In this document: positions 62,661-64,000 of the stretch, in pieces
Layout: each line of letters starts with the position of its first letter
Position numbering within the stretch: position 1 is the first letter of the stretch
Program-made: the position numbers and the translations under genes
NCBI RefSeq assembly: GCF_006345805.1
Contig: NC_042997.1
Span: 211,172,001-211,236,000, forward strand
DNA length: 64,000 nt
Origin: Octopus sinensis
Lineage: Eukaryota
Direction: 5' to 3'
The notes under the pieces: generated by a model
Databases searched by the model: none
The model's input: only the letters and a program-made list of their open reading frames with translations
Told to the model about the DNA's origin: nothing

Positions 62661-63130
62661 ATTTCTTCAACTAAAAAACCTTTTAAGGCAGTACTCCAGC
62701 AGGGCCACAGTCAAATGACTGAAACAAGTAAAAGAATACATACATATATAAATACACACACACACATATATCTATCTCTCTCTCTCTCTGACTGGGTAAC
62801 CATGGACCTCCTCTACAACATCTGTTTCTGCCTCTCTGTCACACTCTAAACTTCCATCATCTGCTTCTAAGATCCCCTCCTCCAATGCCCCCTCCCCTTT
62901 CAAAGGATCCTTGTCTTGCAAAGTTGCTCAGTGACCCTGCCAGTGTATGTTCCACTTAGAATGCACCAGTCCACACTGTAATGTGGCTGGCATTTGGAAG
63001 GGCATCCAGTTGTAAAAACCTTGCCAAAACACACTCAGAAGCAGGGCACAGACTCCTCCCTTGCCAGCTCCTGTGAAACCGTCCAACCCGTGCCAACATG
63101 GAAGGAGGACATTAAATGATGATGATTATG

Positions 63131-63169
<39 letters not shown>

Positions 63170-63171
<2 letters not shown>

Positions 63172-63582
63172 ATCGTTACCAGCGTCGCCTTACTGGCACT
63201 TGTGCCCGTGCTAGTAGGGTGCTGAGAGCACCATCCGATCGTGATCGTTGCCAGAGCAGCCAACTGGCTTCCGTGCCGGTGGCACATAAAAGGGCTCCAT
63301 TCAAGCGTGATCATTACCAGCGTCGCCTTACTAGCACCTGTGCCGGTGGCACGTGTAAAAAGATTCGAGCGAGGTCATTGCCAGTACCGCCTGACTGGCC
63401 CCTGTGCCAGTGACACGTAAAAGCACCCACTACACTCTCAGAGTGGTTGGCATTAGGAAGGGCATCCAGCTGTAGAAACTCTGCCAGATTAAGACTGGAG
63501 CCTGGTGCAGCCACCTGGTTCTCCAGCCCTCAGTGAAAATCTTCCAACCCATGCTAGCATGGAAAGCGGATGTTAATCGATG
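63170..63582 (+). mobile_element. Retroposon family D copy
   Basis: Consensus body ending gcggatgttaatcgatg. Confidence 0.75.
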
Positions 63583-63739
63583 ATAGGAAAGAGAGTTTGA
63601 AAATGCAGAGATCTTTTAAAGATGCTTTGTATAAGCTTTACATTTTACTTTTACTAATCTGTTTTTTTAAAAAAGTGAAACTGGTCACGTTAGCAAACAT
63701 CTTTAAAAGATCTCTGCATTTTCAAACTCTCTTTCCTAT
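63583..63739. mobile_element. 157-bp MITE-like hairpin with perfect 42-bp arms
   Basis: 63583-63624 is the exact reverse complement of 63698-63739; TA just inside each arm end may be a TSD. Confidence 0.8.
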
Positions 63740-63790
63740 ATATTTTCACTCATCCGGTACCTTGCAAGTTTACTTTGTCATATATATATA

Positions 63791-64000
63791 TCATCATCAT
63801 CATCATCGTTTAACGTCCGCTTTCCGCGCTAGCATGGGTTGGACGGTTCGACCGGGTCTGGGAAGCCAGGGGCCGCTCCAGGCTCCAGTCTGAATCTGGC
63901 AGAGTTTCTACGGCTGGATGCCCTTCCTAACGCCAACCACTCCGTGAGTGGATTGGGTGGTTTTTACGTGCCACCTGCACAGGGGCCGGAGGGTCCGGCA
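63791..64000 (-). mobile_element. Retroposon family D copy (runs off the window)
   Basis: (cat)n cgtttaacgtccgc.. consensus. Confidence 0.8.

Overview
Eukaryotic, AT-rich, repeat-dense genomic DNA. The repeat families point to an octopus or other coleoid cephalopod, but this is an inference. The window holds one protein-coding gene on the + strand: a ZER1 (zyg-11 family, CUL2 E3 substrate receptor) orthologue. I reconstructed 12 coding exons from 16511 to 61507. All have GT-AG introns and matching phases, giving 1830 nt or 610 codons, and the C-terminal exons lie beyond the window. Everything else is intronic or upstream repeat: tRNA-headed SINEs, about 25 copies of a (GAT)n-tailed retroposon with a variable internal tandem module, RTE and CR1 LINE remnants, six Helitron-type elements, TTAA-flanked piggyBac-like MITEs, fold-backs, microsatellites, and two minisatellites that each arose inside a retroelement. 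The most notable items are a TSD-flanked Penelope-type insertion carrying a minimal hammerhead ribozyme motif (52022-52067, minus strand) and several near-identical inverted repeats bracketing ZER1 exons. Nearly all long ORFs in the supplied track are repeat artefacts. Repeat boundaries were read by eye and are approximate unless termini or TSDs are quoted.
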